Shown one piece after another: positions 26,845-39,470 of a stretch of 64,000 bases of DNA. The notes below the pieces were generated by a model that was not told the DNA's origin, did not search any database, and worked only from the letters and a program-made list of their open reading frames with translations. The first letter of the stretch is position 1; each line of letters opens with the position of its first letter. This DNA is from Chiloscyllium plagiosum. Lineage: Eukaryota. A program made the translations under genes and the position numbers. Location: NCBI RefSeq assembly GCF_004010195.1, contig NC_057728.1, positions 46,893,402 to 46,957,401 of the forward strand, given 5' to 3'.

Positions 26845-27010
26845 TCGGTAGTAGATTCGCCAACTTGAAGTACATTTAAGTCGTCATTGGACAAGTATAT
26901 GGACGAACATGGAATTGTGTAGGTTAGATGGGCTTCAGATTGGTATGACAGGTCAGCGCAACATCAAGGGCCGAAGGGTCTGTACTGTGCTGTAATGTTC
27001 TATGTTCTAT
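26845..27010 (+). mobile_element. CR1-type LINE 3' tail
   Basis: Homologous to 2210-2380; ends aatgttctatgttctat. Confidence 0.8.
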
Positions 27011-28329
27011 TACAGTAATTACATGCAATATTGAAGTAATTATTAGGCATGTCCCCCTAAACTACATATCCAATCCTGTAAACACACAATCAATAATGGA
27101 CAACGCGACAGACAGCCCAAGATTCTCTCAGGATCTCACGATATTTACCAGACACCTTTATTAACTTTCTTTGGAATCTTCCAATGCATATCATTCAATC
27201 ACATTCCAACACTGACAGTTATACTCCTTCCCAGCTCCGTCACATTAACTGCCAATAGACTGGATATTTGCTTATCACTAATGATTTACTTAAATTCTGT
27301 TAGATAATTTAAATTCCCTACTATCCTTACTGCAGGATGCTAATTTCCATCAATTGTTATAAAAGTTGTGATTTCAGTTCCAATATAAACTAATGTAGTC
27401 AACCCTAATGTTACAAATCTTTGACAAAGCTGACAAACTGGGGAGCAGTTTCTCTCTATCCTTCAGAGATCAAGCAAATGCAGTCAGTTATGACTTACTA
27501 TTTTACTGGACAGCATCTATTTGAATTCCATTGATAATGGTGAAATTCAATCACTTTCACAGCTTTACCAAGTCATTAAAAGAAATTTATTTGGATTCAA
27601 TGGGACACAACCTCATCCTGATCCCTGTCTTATAATTTGTCTCTGTCATTATCTAGGTTGCTTGCAAAGCAGTGAAGCTACAATTGCTTGTTTTCTTGTA
27701 GTCCCACTGATCATATTTTACAACCTCTTTATACCCCCTACTACGCTAACTGTCTCTTGGTGCTTTCTTAGAGGTCATCTAATTATATCATTTACACTTC
27801 ATCTTCCTTGCTAATGAATGGGCCTTTCTTTACAGTCTATAGTTGACTGCTCATAGGAATTCAGCTAAATCCTTTCATGTTAGTTTGTAGGTTGCATTTC
27901 TAATCTAGAATTACCTAAAAAGTTTGAAATAATGTATGATCAGACTTTTCCCTTTGCATTTTACTAAATAGCAAACTTGGGACTGTGGTTAATGCCCATA
28001 TTGTCTTATCTAGATGTTTCAAGAATGCTCCTAATCAAAAAAAAGCTTGTGCTTAGAGCTGTCTGTCTAAAGGAATCTAATTCAATTCCCTTGTCTTTTC
28101 TTGTTGGAAGCCTGTTATGATTCCCACAGTATCTTTCATTATCTTATCTGATAACTCCGAATGGAGTAACCTCAAGTCTGGCTATGCAAGTCTGCTATGT
28201 GCTAATTCCTTTACGGCCAACTTATGTCAGCTAAAAAGCCCCAGGCAGACATTTTATGTCAGCTTTAAACATTAGCAGTTGCAACAGCAGCATGGTATTA
28301 GTATAAAAAGTCGAACCTGGAAACCTGAG

Positions 28330-29350
28330 AACATGCATTAGTCTGAAAGATGTAATAGAATCCAGAAAAGATTCCATGCCGTCAATTGAAAATAATTTGC
28401 CAAACCTCCTGAGACAAAGGTCTTTACCACCCTTGAGGTAATGGACGGTGACTGGCAACAACAGTTTTCTAACTAGATTTTGGATGCCATTTGGGAGTTT
28501 CAGGTGGCTGCACAGATCATTTGACATTTTACTGCTCTGGAAGAGTTTAACATAAACAACATGAGAAAGTCAGTGGCCTTTATAGAATGAAAGTTATTGT
28601 GGGATGACCTGCTAATCTATGGATGTGAAGGTATTATGGAAGAAGCCAGACCACCATTAGAACATAGTGGAACTGCTAAGAGAGTTGACCAAATGAACAA
28701 TGGAAAAATGCATTTGAAGATATCTGAAGTCAAGTATTTAGGTGATGTACTGAAAACAAAACAAATTTACTCAGAAGCTGTCAAGGAGAGAGCTCTAGCA
28801 GAACCAATAGATGTAAAAGCAGTATAACAATTTGTTGAATTTATGAATAATCTAGCAAAGTGCCCTCAGAGTATGAACCACAATACAAACTGCTAAGAAT
28901 GTGCAGTGATTTGGGAGTTTCAGAACTAGAAGTACTTTCACAAGAATCAAATAATGACTGATGACAGCACTAGTGCTGAGGTTCTAAGTTGTCAGTGATG
29001 ATATCAGCTTGAATCGTGATACTGGTGAGACTGAACTTGGAGCAATCCTTATGTAGCAGGTCAATCAGTTGTGTTTGCATCCATGGTGTAAACACACATT
29101 GACTAACACTGTGTACAGGTTGAGAAAGAGTGCCTGGCTATTATTTCTGCTTGTGAATGTTTTCCTCTGTTTGGCAAAGATGAACTGACAGCAGAGTTTG
29201 ACCACAAGCCAATTCAAAAACAACTTCCTCAAATCACATCTAACTGCTACAAAACATCTGCACAGAATGTTCCTTTTTTGCAGAAATAATATTTGGAATC
29301 AGACTTATGTTGCTGACTTGCTGTTAAGAGCAGCACTCTCTATACAGAAA
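28330..29350 (+). mobile_element. Ty3/Gypsy LTR-retrotransposon pol fossil (RT-RNase H)
   Basis: RFWMPFG, WDDLLIYG, EVKYLG (RT); LGAIL..Q..V.FAS, QVEKECLAII.ACE, DHKP (RNase H); heavily disrupted. Confidence 0.8.
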
Positions 29351-30074
29351 GTTGAAAGATGCAAATACAGAGTATGCAATCTCCCAGCTTCAATGAGCAA
29401 CAAAAACTCAAGGAAGTCATCAACTCAGTAAAGACATTCAGTGCGAAATACAAGCATCTTGCTCTGATCAAGCACTCACCCACAGGAACCACAAACACTG
29501 GAGAAGGAATATCACCCTGGAATTAGTAGATACCAGAGAAGCTGCTAAGAACCACTTGGATATGTGCCATTCATAATGCTTTCAAGATTGTGAATGAAGT
29601 GAGTTTGCAGGAAAAGCCTAAAGTGGCAATGACCAGAGTGGTTACATAGTTCTTGTTCATAAGTGATCATTTTCTTTATAATGGGTAATTGTTCCTTAAA
29701 GGATGATGCATGTATTTTTGTTTGTCTTTTTATGAAAAGAATGTTGGGAGAAATGCTTTTGCACATTGTATACTTGCCTTGCCATAACCATACAACTTCC
29801 AAAGAAGTTGCTTTCATTTTACAATAAGTAAACACTAAACATGAAACTGTAAGGAAAGTAACAAACACATTATTACCTGGTTTCCCTCCCAATTCTACAG
29901 CTTCTCCCCACTTTCTCGAACCCTGCTCACAAAAGGAGACATTAAATGCTGCCACAAATTTCAAAAGAAAATATACCAAGATGTATGCATTTATTTTGTC
30001 TCAACTGCAAATTATCAGAAATTGTCCCCACTGTTAGAGCCTCACTGACTTTTTTTAAATTAATTTTGATTTGG

Positions 30075-31034
30075 TGTTATGAACTGGGAACAGTGAGCTA
30101 AATTGACTTTTGGACTTTGTACAACAGCTTGTGTTAATAGGAAAAAAGATGAAACAAGCTTTTGTTTACTCATGAGGCCAGGCCTAGAAGTTAATTGGAA
30201 GTTGGTTGCTGACTTAAAGGTTCTGCAGATGCTTTGTCACTGGGAAGAACATTATGTTTAAACAGATAGCAAAACTTGCTATTCACAAGGTCAGTATCTG
30301 AGAATTGGTTCCATCAAGTCTGGAAAAGATCTTAGGCTCAAGCAAATGGCAGATGTTGAATTGTAACTGAGACATCATGGAAGAGACAGTCAGTCTGTCA
30401 GAGAGTTGTCATATTTTAAATTGGGTTTTGGACTGTGTTCGGATGGAAAAGGGAATCTGATTATTGATGGTGCAGCATGAAGATTTGCAATTTTCCTGCC
30501 TAACCTCTCATGAGCAGCTCTTGAAAGTTTAGTGAACAGATGACTAAGTTTATACATATGACTACCTTTATCTGAGTGAACCGTGAAGGTGACCCTGATC
30601 GATATCTCCAGAAAATCGACGAAGAAACCATTGTCTATGCCTGTGGAACAATGCATCATGAAAACTGATAAAGTAATCTGTCTAATTTTTTTTAAAATTT
30701 AGCCTTTAACCATGTTTGTTTGCCTGTCTTTTGTGTGAATAAGGCTGAAAGCAAAGGCTTTTGGGGTTTAAAGATCGGACTAATTACATTATTTGGTTGT
30801 TTAATTTTACTGTGTTAAAGTAACAACATTGTTAAAAAATTGTTATGTTTTTATTTCAGAAGTAAATGGCATCTCAAATGATTATTCATAGAGTCTGGGA
30901 TTGGTTACTCAAAAGACTGGTTAGTAATAAAGGAGTAAATTTTGAGGGTCTTTGAAGGTTTTAATTTGACTGTGTTGTGAATACAGTGGTTGAAAAGTTT
31001 ATTTAGTTCAGCTGTCTATCTCAATGTCATAACA
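30075..31034 (+). mobile_element. Solo LTR-like element
   Basis: Perfect terminal inverted octamer TGTTATGA...TCATAACA; aataaa at ~30926; no clear TSD. Confidence 0.55.
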
Positions 31035-31182
31035 CCATAAACATAAAGTTCAAAGTAAGTAAGACAGATTTCTATTTTGTTTCTCTGCAAATTTAAGATT
31101 GTAATGAACAGTTTTTGCCTTGTTATCTTCAACAATTAAACAACAGATTCTCCTTTAGGAGCAAGTAAACATAAGTAAAGTT

Positions 31183-31332
31183 CAAAATCACACAACACCA
31201 GGTTATAGTCCAACAGGTTTATTTGGAAGCACTAGCTTTCAGAATGCTTCCAAATAAACCTGTCAGACTATAACCTGGTGTTGTGTGATTTTTAATTTTG
31301 TCCACTCCAGTCTAACACCAGCTCCTCCACAT
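31183..31332. mobile_element. Penelope-derived fold-back mini-element (family D)
   Basis: aaaatcacacaacaccaggttatagtccaacaggtttatttggaagc is inverted to gcttccaaataaacctgtcagactataacctggtgttgtgtgatttt; TSD cataagtaaagtt at 31170-31182 and 31333-31345. Confidence 0.9.
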
Positions 31333-33137
31333 CATAAGTAAAGTTATCATTGTCCCACCGGACCATATGTCTGTTCTTCTCATTAGAGAGAAAGAGAGAA
31401 AGAGATGACTGGCGATGGTTTATACTGAGGTCACCAACATTAACTATGTTGTCAGAAATGACTCTGTCAAAAATGATTCTCATTTTGGCAAAACCAGCAT
31501 TGAAATGAGGGTTCAAAAGATTGCTCTTTTGTGAAGTGACATGTGCATTTTTAGTTACATTAATTTGACAAAGATTTGTTAAACACTTTACAGAAAAGGT
31601 TGTTTACATCAATAAATGACTCTAAATCATAAGCTATTAACATTTACAGAGAATGTATAGAATACATGTTTATTATACTTTCATTTGCTCTGAAGAATCA
31701 GCTTTGCTGCAGTAAGACTGTAGCAGAATGCTAATGACTACAGTGTGTGATGAAATTGTCTGGTTTAATTTTAATGCAGATAATAATTTCCCTGTGTACA
31801 TTCTTACTGCAGAACAAGAGATGTTCTTTCAATATTCATAAGCGGCTTTGCTTTTAGGAGAAACCAATTAGAACTTTTTGCACTTGATGTTATTATTTTG
31901 CAATATATTTTCTAGTGCTTCTTTCACTTGCATTTGGATACATACAACTTGTTAACATGTAATACACTAACAAACTTATTATATTGACTTCATAATGCTG
32001 TCAGGTCAGATTAAACTTAAATTGTGTCAATGTATTTTGAATGAGAATCTCTAACTAACGACAATGAAATTATACCCAATGCATAATACTATTAGAAAAA
32101 TGTATTACTGTAATAAAAATAATAACCTAATAAAAATACTAGTTTTCAACAATACTGATGCTTTTTTTTTCTCCCTTCCTGTCCTGCCAATGCTCTTTCA
32201 GCAAGAAGAACAATACATGCTAGCTGAAACAGAAAGTGCTACAAAAAGTCAACAGGTCCAGCAGCTTCTGCAGAGAGAGAAACAGAGTTCACTTTTCTTT
32301 GAAAGTTTAATTATTTCTGTGGTCTCAGTCTTATTGCAGAGATCCAACATCAGTAGTGCTTTGTTTTTATTTGCATATTAGATTCAGTAGGTACCAGAAT
32401 CCAATGCTGTGCCTTATCTAAGTGACCTGTTCTTCATCAGTAATCTAAAGGCTAATGGTTAGAAATTTGCAAATTATCCTATATGAAAGCCTGAGTATCC
32501 ATCTAAACATGATGGACTCCACACCCAAACCTATTCTAGTATTTAACCAAAGTCCACACATGCATACTTTCTGGCAAGAGTCTAACATGGGGACCTGGTA
32601 CATGAAGTTGAACAACTTTTCTCGTTCCATAATGTGAGGACATTTAACTTGAGTGTGTTGCCACAGCTAACTCAGCAGACTACCTGGGAAGCAACCCAGA
32701 ATATTATGCCCAGAAAATCCAATGCACTTACCCAATGAGTTTTCAACAGAAACAATCAAGCATTTTCTACATCAAGATTAGACACAAAAATTGGTGTTGA
32801 TTAGCATTCAGAGTCACAATGATGCTTGACTCAGAATTGTATTGTTTGAAGGAAACCATAATATTGACATTATGCAACACCAACATTTTTGAACTGAATT
32901 ACTTGTCTTATTTATATAGAATGCATGGGTGTTTAAGCAAAACATTGGATTCTTCTTTTTTGATTCACCCAGATATTTATTCCAAGGTTTGTTTGAGTGA
33001 CTGCATTTATTTAGGTATAAATAAAGTTTATCCAAATAATGCACATGACATTGAAGGGATGCAAGTCAGGGATGTCGTTCCTGCAGACCTGAACGATAAC
33101 TGACTTATCTTCAGGAGTCTTTGGATTGTTACCGCTG

Positions 33138-33151
33138 GTTTCCATGGCAAC
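33138..33151. promoter_or_regulatory. RFX X-box motif (GTTTCCATGGCAAC) with TATAAAAA at 33168-33175
   Basis: Perfect match to the GTTNCCATGGNAAC palindrome in repeat-free sequence; function not shown. Confidence 0.5.
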
Positions 33152-34469
33152 AGCAGCAAGTCAGAGCTATAAAAAGGTCCTTCATAACATTTTGCATGAA
33201 TGCAGGCACTGCGGATTGTACTTGTGAAGCTCTGTACCTATCATCATATACTATTCATAAAGGTTTTAGAGTACTTGTTGTTGATTTCATCCTTAGAAAG
33301 AAATTGCTGCTATGAGGCTGTTCTGAAATTTGTAAGGAAAGTCTATGCTGTGGGATCTGCCTACAGTTCTACCATACAAAACATGGCTTAAAATAGCAAA
33401 TTAACCTGCTGAGCTCTCTGAAGCAACTAGTTACCAGACAATGGACAACAACAGAGAGAGAAAAAAAAGCTGTAACCTGAAACAACTGCTAAACTGGGCA
33501 TTTTCAAAACAGTCCAAGCAACATTTGTTAACCCACTAATTGAAATGTCCTTCATGCAGCCTGGAATATGTTCATAACCAAAGATCAACATTTTCACTAT
33601 TATGCAGATCTGTTTCTCCAGCTGCGATATGGACATAATTCCAAAATATACTCATAACACTGACCCATCTGTTTTGGTTCCTCCATTTTTCAATTCAGCT
33701 AACATTGCTCAACCATTAAAACTGATATTCTCTTCATGCCCCATGAAATTGTGAATCATGAATCTGCATGGTTCATAATATTTAAAACCATAATTTACAT
33801 ATATTTAAAGCTGGGGGACTGATACAATTTAATGCGTTGAACTGGAATTTGAAGATAAGACTCTTCTTTCTGAATCTCCAGGCACACAAACTTCAAAGGT
33901 ACATTAGAATTACAGCAAAAGCTCAAATTTGACCCACTGCCTTAACTTTGAGGAGCCAATTGGCCATTGATCCAAATAGGTTTAGTCACCTCTCTATGAA
34001 AATCTCAGTCGAGGGCCATATTGACATAACAATTCCTCCCAGTTCACCTTGATTAAGGAAGGAAAAATTGAATTTATTTTCCATTTCTGATCCCTATCCA
34101 GCAATGTGAACACAGACGGAAGCCAGGACTAACTCAGCTGGATTCCATCCTCAAGTAGAATAATTTTCCCAATACTCCTTCTTGTGCATAAACAATGGTA
34201 GCTCGGGAGAGACACTGACTAATATCAAATGAACTAGTCACCCAGAAAAGATTTAACACCCATAGGAAAAATAAGAATGTCAAATTATTGAGCAGAAACA
34301 TGTATAGAATTACAACCATTGAAAAGAAAGAATTTTTATTAGACTTTAACTGCAACATGAGTTCATTTTAAATTCTATTAAATCAAGATTGAAATCAATA
34401 AATTCAGGTACCAGTAAGCCTTTAAAGTCTATGTGTCCATTATTCATAGAATAGGATCCCAGACTCACA

Positions 34470-34930
34470 GAATAGGTACAGCAGTTCTCCACAAGAAGAC
34501 TATTAGCTCCATTGTAACATTGCTGATGTCTGCAAGTGCAAATCAGTTTATCCCACTTACTCTCATTTTTAACATCTGGGTCCTAACCACTTCAACATAT
34601 CGCTATTGATTCCTTTTACCAACACCTCTAAATTAACTCTAAATTAAACATCCATTGATTCACAACCCTTCCACCAATGGGAACAGTATTTATCTACCTA
34701 CTATGGCGAGGTCCTTTGTGATTTGATCTACTGCTATTCCATCTGCTTTCAAGCATCTCTCAAGAGAACAGCCCCAGCTTGTCCAAAATCTCCACCTAAC
34801 TGAAATCTCTCATCCATGAAATCAACCTTATACATCTTTTTCGCACTCTTTCAACAATCTTCACATCCTTCTGAACATGGAATTCTCAGAATTGGACACA
34901 ATGTTCCAGTTGAAGCAGATTAATAATTCT
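34470..34930 (-). mobile_element. Old CR1-type LINE 3' fragment
   Basis: cagaattggacacaatgttccagttg (LE.CVQF on the minus strand). Confidence 0.6.
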
Positions 34931-35683
34931 AGGAAGGCTCATCATCATTTCCCTCACAACCCCATGTCCTACCATGAGATGGCTTCAGTATAGCCAACCC
35001 ATTTTCAACTACTCACAGTCCTTATCATCACTTATCCAACTTCTCTTCTTCCTTGGGCCTACAGCCAACAATCCTTTTGTCTGCCTACCTTTTCTTTCTC
35101 CTTCTGGGTTCCCTCTCAACCTATCTACCCATTTCTTCCCCTTCCCCCCAGCTCCACACTCCTTCCTCCAGGTCTTGTCATCAATTAAATACCATCTTTT
35201 CCTAGCTCCTTCTAGCTCAGAAGAAGTGTCACAGGATGTGAAAAGTTAACACTGCTTACTCTCAACAGATGCTGCCAGACTTGCTGAGTTTTTCCAGTGA
35301 TATCTGTTTTTGTGTGCTTTATCATAAGTTCCTTGGTTTTGCGTCCCATGTATAAAGTCCAGGATGTCTTATACTTTGTGACAGTATATCTTCAAACCTT
35401 TTGACTTCAGTCCTGTCCTCATAATGGTCACTTCTAGCCATTTTGAGGAGTATATTTCTTTCTCATTCATTTCCAGACTACCACTTTGCATCAAGAGCAG
35501 TCAAAGAGTAATCTTTGTTATTCCCTGAATATCGCCTTCCTTTACCAGAACACTCTGCTTGATACATTCTCACATATGAATTAAATGCTAGAGTGAGTCA
35601 TGAAGCCAAGGTACGAGGGTATGGTTGTTGGTGGGGGGGGAGGGGGGAGAGGGGGGGAGGGGGTTGGGAGTTTAAGACACAGG

Positions 35684-35774
35684 AGAAAGTGAGGACTGCA
35701 GATGCTGGAGACCAGAGTTGAAAAGTGTGGTGCTGGAAAAGCGCAGCAGGCCAGGTAGCATCCGAGGAGCAGGA
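35684..35774 (-). mobile_element. Minimal Penelope pLTR-tail insertion (family A, 91 bp)
   Basis: Matches the pLTR 3' part; TSD gagtttaagacacagg at 35668-35683 and 35775-35790. Confidence 0.9.
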
Positions 35775-35834
35775 GAGTTTAAGACACAGGCCAGCCATGA
35801 TCTAATTGAATGACACAACAGACTTGAAGGTCTT

Positions 35835-37066
35835 GTTTTTTGAAGAAGTAACAAAGAGGATTGATGAGGGCAGAGCATGATGTACGTGGACTTCAGTATG
35901 GCATTCAACAAGATTCCCCATGGGACACTGGTTAGAGAGGTTAGATCTCATGGAATACAGGGAGAACTAGCCATTTGGATACAGAACTTGCTCAAAGGTA
36001 GAAGACAGAGGGTGGTGGTGGAGGGTTGTTTTTCAGACTGGAGGCCTGTAACCAGTGGAATGCCACAAGGATCAGTGCTGGATCCACTACTTTTCATCAT
36101 TTATATAAATAATTTGGATGTGAGCTGAAGCGGTATAGTTAGTAAGTTTGCAGACGACACCAAAATTGGATTTGTAGTGGACAGCGAAGAAGGTTACCTC
36201 AGATTACAACGGGATCTTGATCAGGTGGGCCAATGGGCTGAGAAGTGGCAGATGGAATTTAATTCAGATAAATGCGAGGTGCTGCACTTTGGGAAAGCAA
36301 ATCATAGCAGGACTATACACTTAATGGTAAGGTCTTAGGGAACATTGCTGAACAAAGAGACCTTGAAGTGCAGGTTCATAGCTCCCTGAAAGTGGAGCTG
36401 CAGGTAGATAGGATAGTTAGAAATGGCATTTGGTATGCTTTCCTTTATTGGTCAGACTACTGAGTACAGGAGTTGGGAGGTCATGCTGTGGGGCTGTACA
36501 GGACATTGGTTAAACCACTTTTGGAATATTGTGTGCAATTCTGGTCTCCTTCCTATCAGAAGGATGTTGTGAAACTTGAAAGGGTTCAGAAAAGATGTAG
36601 AAGGATGTTGCCAGGGTTGGAGGATTTGAGCTATAGGGAGAGGTTGAACAGGCTGGGTTTGTTTTCCCTGGAGCTGAGGGGTGACATTTTGAGGTTTTTA
36701 AAATCATGAGGGGCATGGATAGGATAAATAGACAGAGTTTTTTCTTTGGGTTGGGGGAGTCCAGAACTAGAGAGCATAGGTTTAGGGTGAGAGGGGAAAG
36801 ATATAAAAGAGACCTAAGGGGCAACTTTTTCACACAGAGGGTGGTACGGGTATGGAATGAGCTGCCAGAAGAAGTGGTGGAGGCTGGTACAATTGCAACA
36901 ATTAACAGGCATTTGGATGGGTATATGAACAGGAAGGGTTTGGAGGGATATGAGCCTGGTGCTGGCAGGTGGGACTAGATTGGGTTGGGATAACTGGTCA
37001 GCATGGACGGGTTGGATCAAAGGGTCTGTTTACATGCTGTATATCTCTATCACTGTATGACTCTAT
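35835..37066 (+). mobile_element. CR1/HER1-like LINE 3' 1.2 kb
   Basis: [52 protein letters not shown]; (ctatga) tail. Confidence 0.95.
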
Positions 37067-37918
37067 GGCTGAATAACCTCTCAGGATCTCATTTATTTAG
37101 TGAGACTCTGAATAGTATGGGCTAAGAAACACCTTTTTTTATTATTAATTCATTAGATAAGTAATAATAGCTAGGCCAGCGTTGATTGCCTATTCCTAAT
37201 TTCCCAAGATTCACCACACTTCTGTGGGTCTGGAATCACATGTAGGCCAGACCAGATAAAATTGGCATTTTTTTTCTTTAAAGGACATGAGAGAACCAGA
37301 CGGGATGTTCCAACAATCGACAATGATTCATGGTAATCATTAGACTCCCAATTCCAGATTTTTATTGAATTCAATTCCACCATCTGCCATGGCAGGATTC
37401 GGACCTGGGACCCCACAACATTTGCTGGACCTTTGGATAACAGTGCAAAACTGAACTGTGGTAGTAGCAAAGTGATTAGAAATGAGAATGACTTTGGGTT
37501 TTAACTGCAACATTTGACCCCAAAACACACTGGAATGTAGGAATATTATATTGAACTTTACCAGGCCTATGGAGACAGATTAGGAGGAGAGGTGACAGGC
37601 AAAAATAGTGAGAGAAGCCAGAATGTAGTAACAGTATGTTCCCACTGCCATCACATCTTGGTAGGGATAGGAAAGGTAGCAGCAGATGGTCCACCCATCC
37701 ACAGAATAAATGAGGCATCAATGCCACTGCTTAAGCCTCATTTGCTGCATCTGCCAACATTTTACCAGCAGTTGGAAGCCCCCCCCGACCCCGGCCAAAG
37801 AGGAAATCTGGCAGCTTCCCCGTGGATTAGGGAGGGAAAGATATGGTATGGACCTCCTATTTGGGTACTCTGAGGCCCATGAGAAATTTCCTCAGCAGAC
37901 ATTTTCCTAGCTACCATC

Positions 37919-37956
37919 AGTTCTGAGGAAGGGTCACTGGACCCGAAACGTTAACT
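37919..37956 (+). ncRNA. Minimal type I hammerhead ribozyme (PLE family B), core intact
   Basis: AGTT-CTGAGGA-A-GGGTC-ACTG-GACCC-GAAAC-GTT^AACT: stem I 4 bp, stem II 5 bp, palindromic ACGT stem III; predicted cleavage after 37952. Confidence 0.8.
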
Positions 37957-38917
37957 CTGATTACTCTTCACAGATGCTGGCAGACCTGCTGAGCTTTCCA
38001 ACAATTTCTGTTTTTGACACTAGAACATCTACCTTGAATAATTCCTGCTAACTCTAAATCCAACTTGTAATATTTGCTTTCAGCTCTTCCTGTTCAATTG
38101 ACTTTGCTACCAGTCATTTTATGGTGGCTGACTGCAAAAAGAACTACAAATTCTGTTGTGTTGGCAATCATCACAGCTGCCTTGTTATTTTCCTTAATGC
38201 CTTCATCAAGCATTCTAGCCAACTTCTCGGTGTGAGCTGTTGTTTTGAGCAAAACTTGCAATGCATTTCAGTTCTCATTATATTGGAAACCTCTCTAGAC
38301 AGACAGAAAAATTTGAGTTCCAGCCAAATGTCAGGAGCCAGTATGATAGCTCAGATGACAAAAATTGCAATGTCACATCGGAAAAGAAGGCTAGATCCAA
38401 AGCAACAGTTTTAAAAAGTATTCAGGCAGTCTGTACACTGTTTTTAAATTTCTAATGTTAACAGAGAGCTGACAAACTCATGAGCATTGTTTTTGTGAAG
38501 CATTGGGAATGTTACTGGCAGTTAGAAACATGCACTTCACGATCCGTGCACTCAGAGCTGCAACTCAAGAGCAGTAGCAGTCAAGCCACGACTATCCACT
38601 CTTCTCAATACTGTATACATTGAGCACGGGTCAGTGAGTGAACACAAGACTCAAACACCACTGGAGAATTGCAAAGGTAAGAATGAAGACAAGTAACATA
38701 TAACTAAAAAAGTGCCTATTGGAGTATGCTTAAAAGGAAATGTTCCATACATTGGATTAATATATTCTTTGTGTATGGAGAGTTTTATTTAAGCATTTAG
38801 GGGCCTTTTATTTTTGAGTATGGCTATTTGCGAGTGCAAAGGGAGTCTTTCTTGTGTATGTTATCTGAATTGTTTTGTGCATGGTGTCCCCTCCATTTTA
38901 TCTATGAGGTCCTGCTA

Positions 38918-38924
38918 GAGAGAT

Positions 38925-38960
<36 letters not shown>

Positions 38961-38980
38961 TGTGTGTGTGTGTGTCTGTC
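38918..38980. repeat. Compound (GA)n(TG)n microsatellite
   Basis: agagagagag...gtgtgtgtgtg. Confidence 0.95.
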
Positions 38981-39130
38981 TGTTGCTGAAATTTTCACCT
39001 CTGCACTTTTCTTACACTAATCTCATTTCCTCATGATCATCATGCCCACTTATTTGTTTTGTGACAAGTATCACTTATGCTCCAAGAAATTGGATAACTC
39101 AATCTGGCTATCTACTTTCAATCTAATTGA

Positions 39131-39470
39131 AGGCAGCATAGTGATTTAGTGGTTTGCACTGCACCCTCACAGTGCCAAGATCCTGGGTTCGATTCCAGCC
39201 TTGGCCGACTGTCTGTCTGAAGTTTGCACATTCCTTCCGTATCTGTGTGGGTTTCCTTTGGGTGCCCCAGTTTCCTCCCAGAGTACAAAGATGTGCAGGT
39301 TAGGTGAATTGACCACGCTAAATTGCCCATAGTGTTCAGGGATGTGGAGGTTGGGTGCATTAGTCATGGGAAATGTCGAATAATGGCATCTGGGTGGGTT
39401 ACTCTTCGGAGGGTTAGTGTGGACTTGTTGGGCCAAGTGGTCTGTTTCCACACTGTAGCGATTCTATGAT
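39131..39470 (+). mobile_element. HE1-type V-SINE, full length
   Basis: A/B boxes (tagtggtttgcactg; ggttcgattcc), V-domain gtttgcacattc...ggtttcc, LINE-type tail ...ctgtagcgattctatg. Confidence 0.9.

Noticed and set aside
32190..32290. Apparent exon after a polypyrimidine tract (QEEQYMLAETES...)
   Set aside because: Most of it is a decayed family B pLTR remnant; no good donor site.
35630..35668. G-tracts with quadruplex potential (also 52894-52925)
   Set aside because: Low-complexity runs with no evidence of function.
38520..38682. Plus-strand exon ending at the strong donor aaag|gtaaga
   Set aside because: Poor acceptor, unrecognised peptide and no partner exons.
39131..39205. tRNA gene
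   Set aside because: It is the tRNA-derived head of an HE1 SINE followed by the SINE body; the same applies to the other SINE heads.
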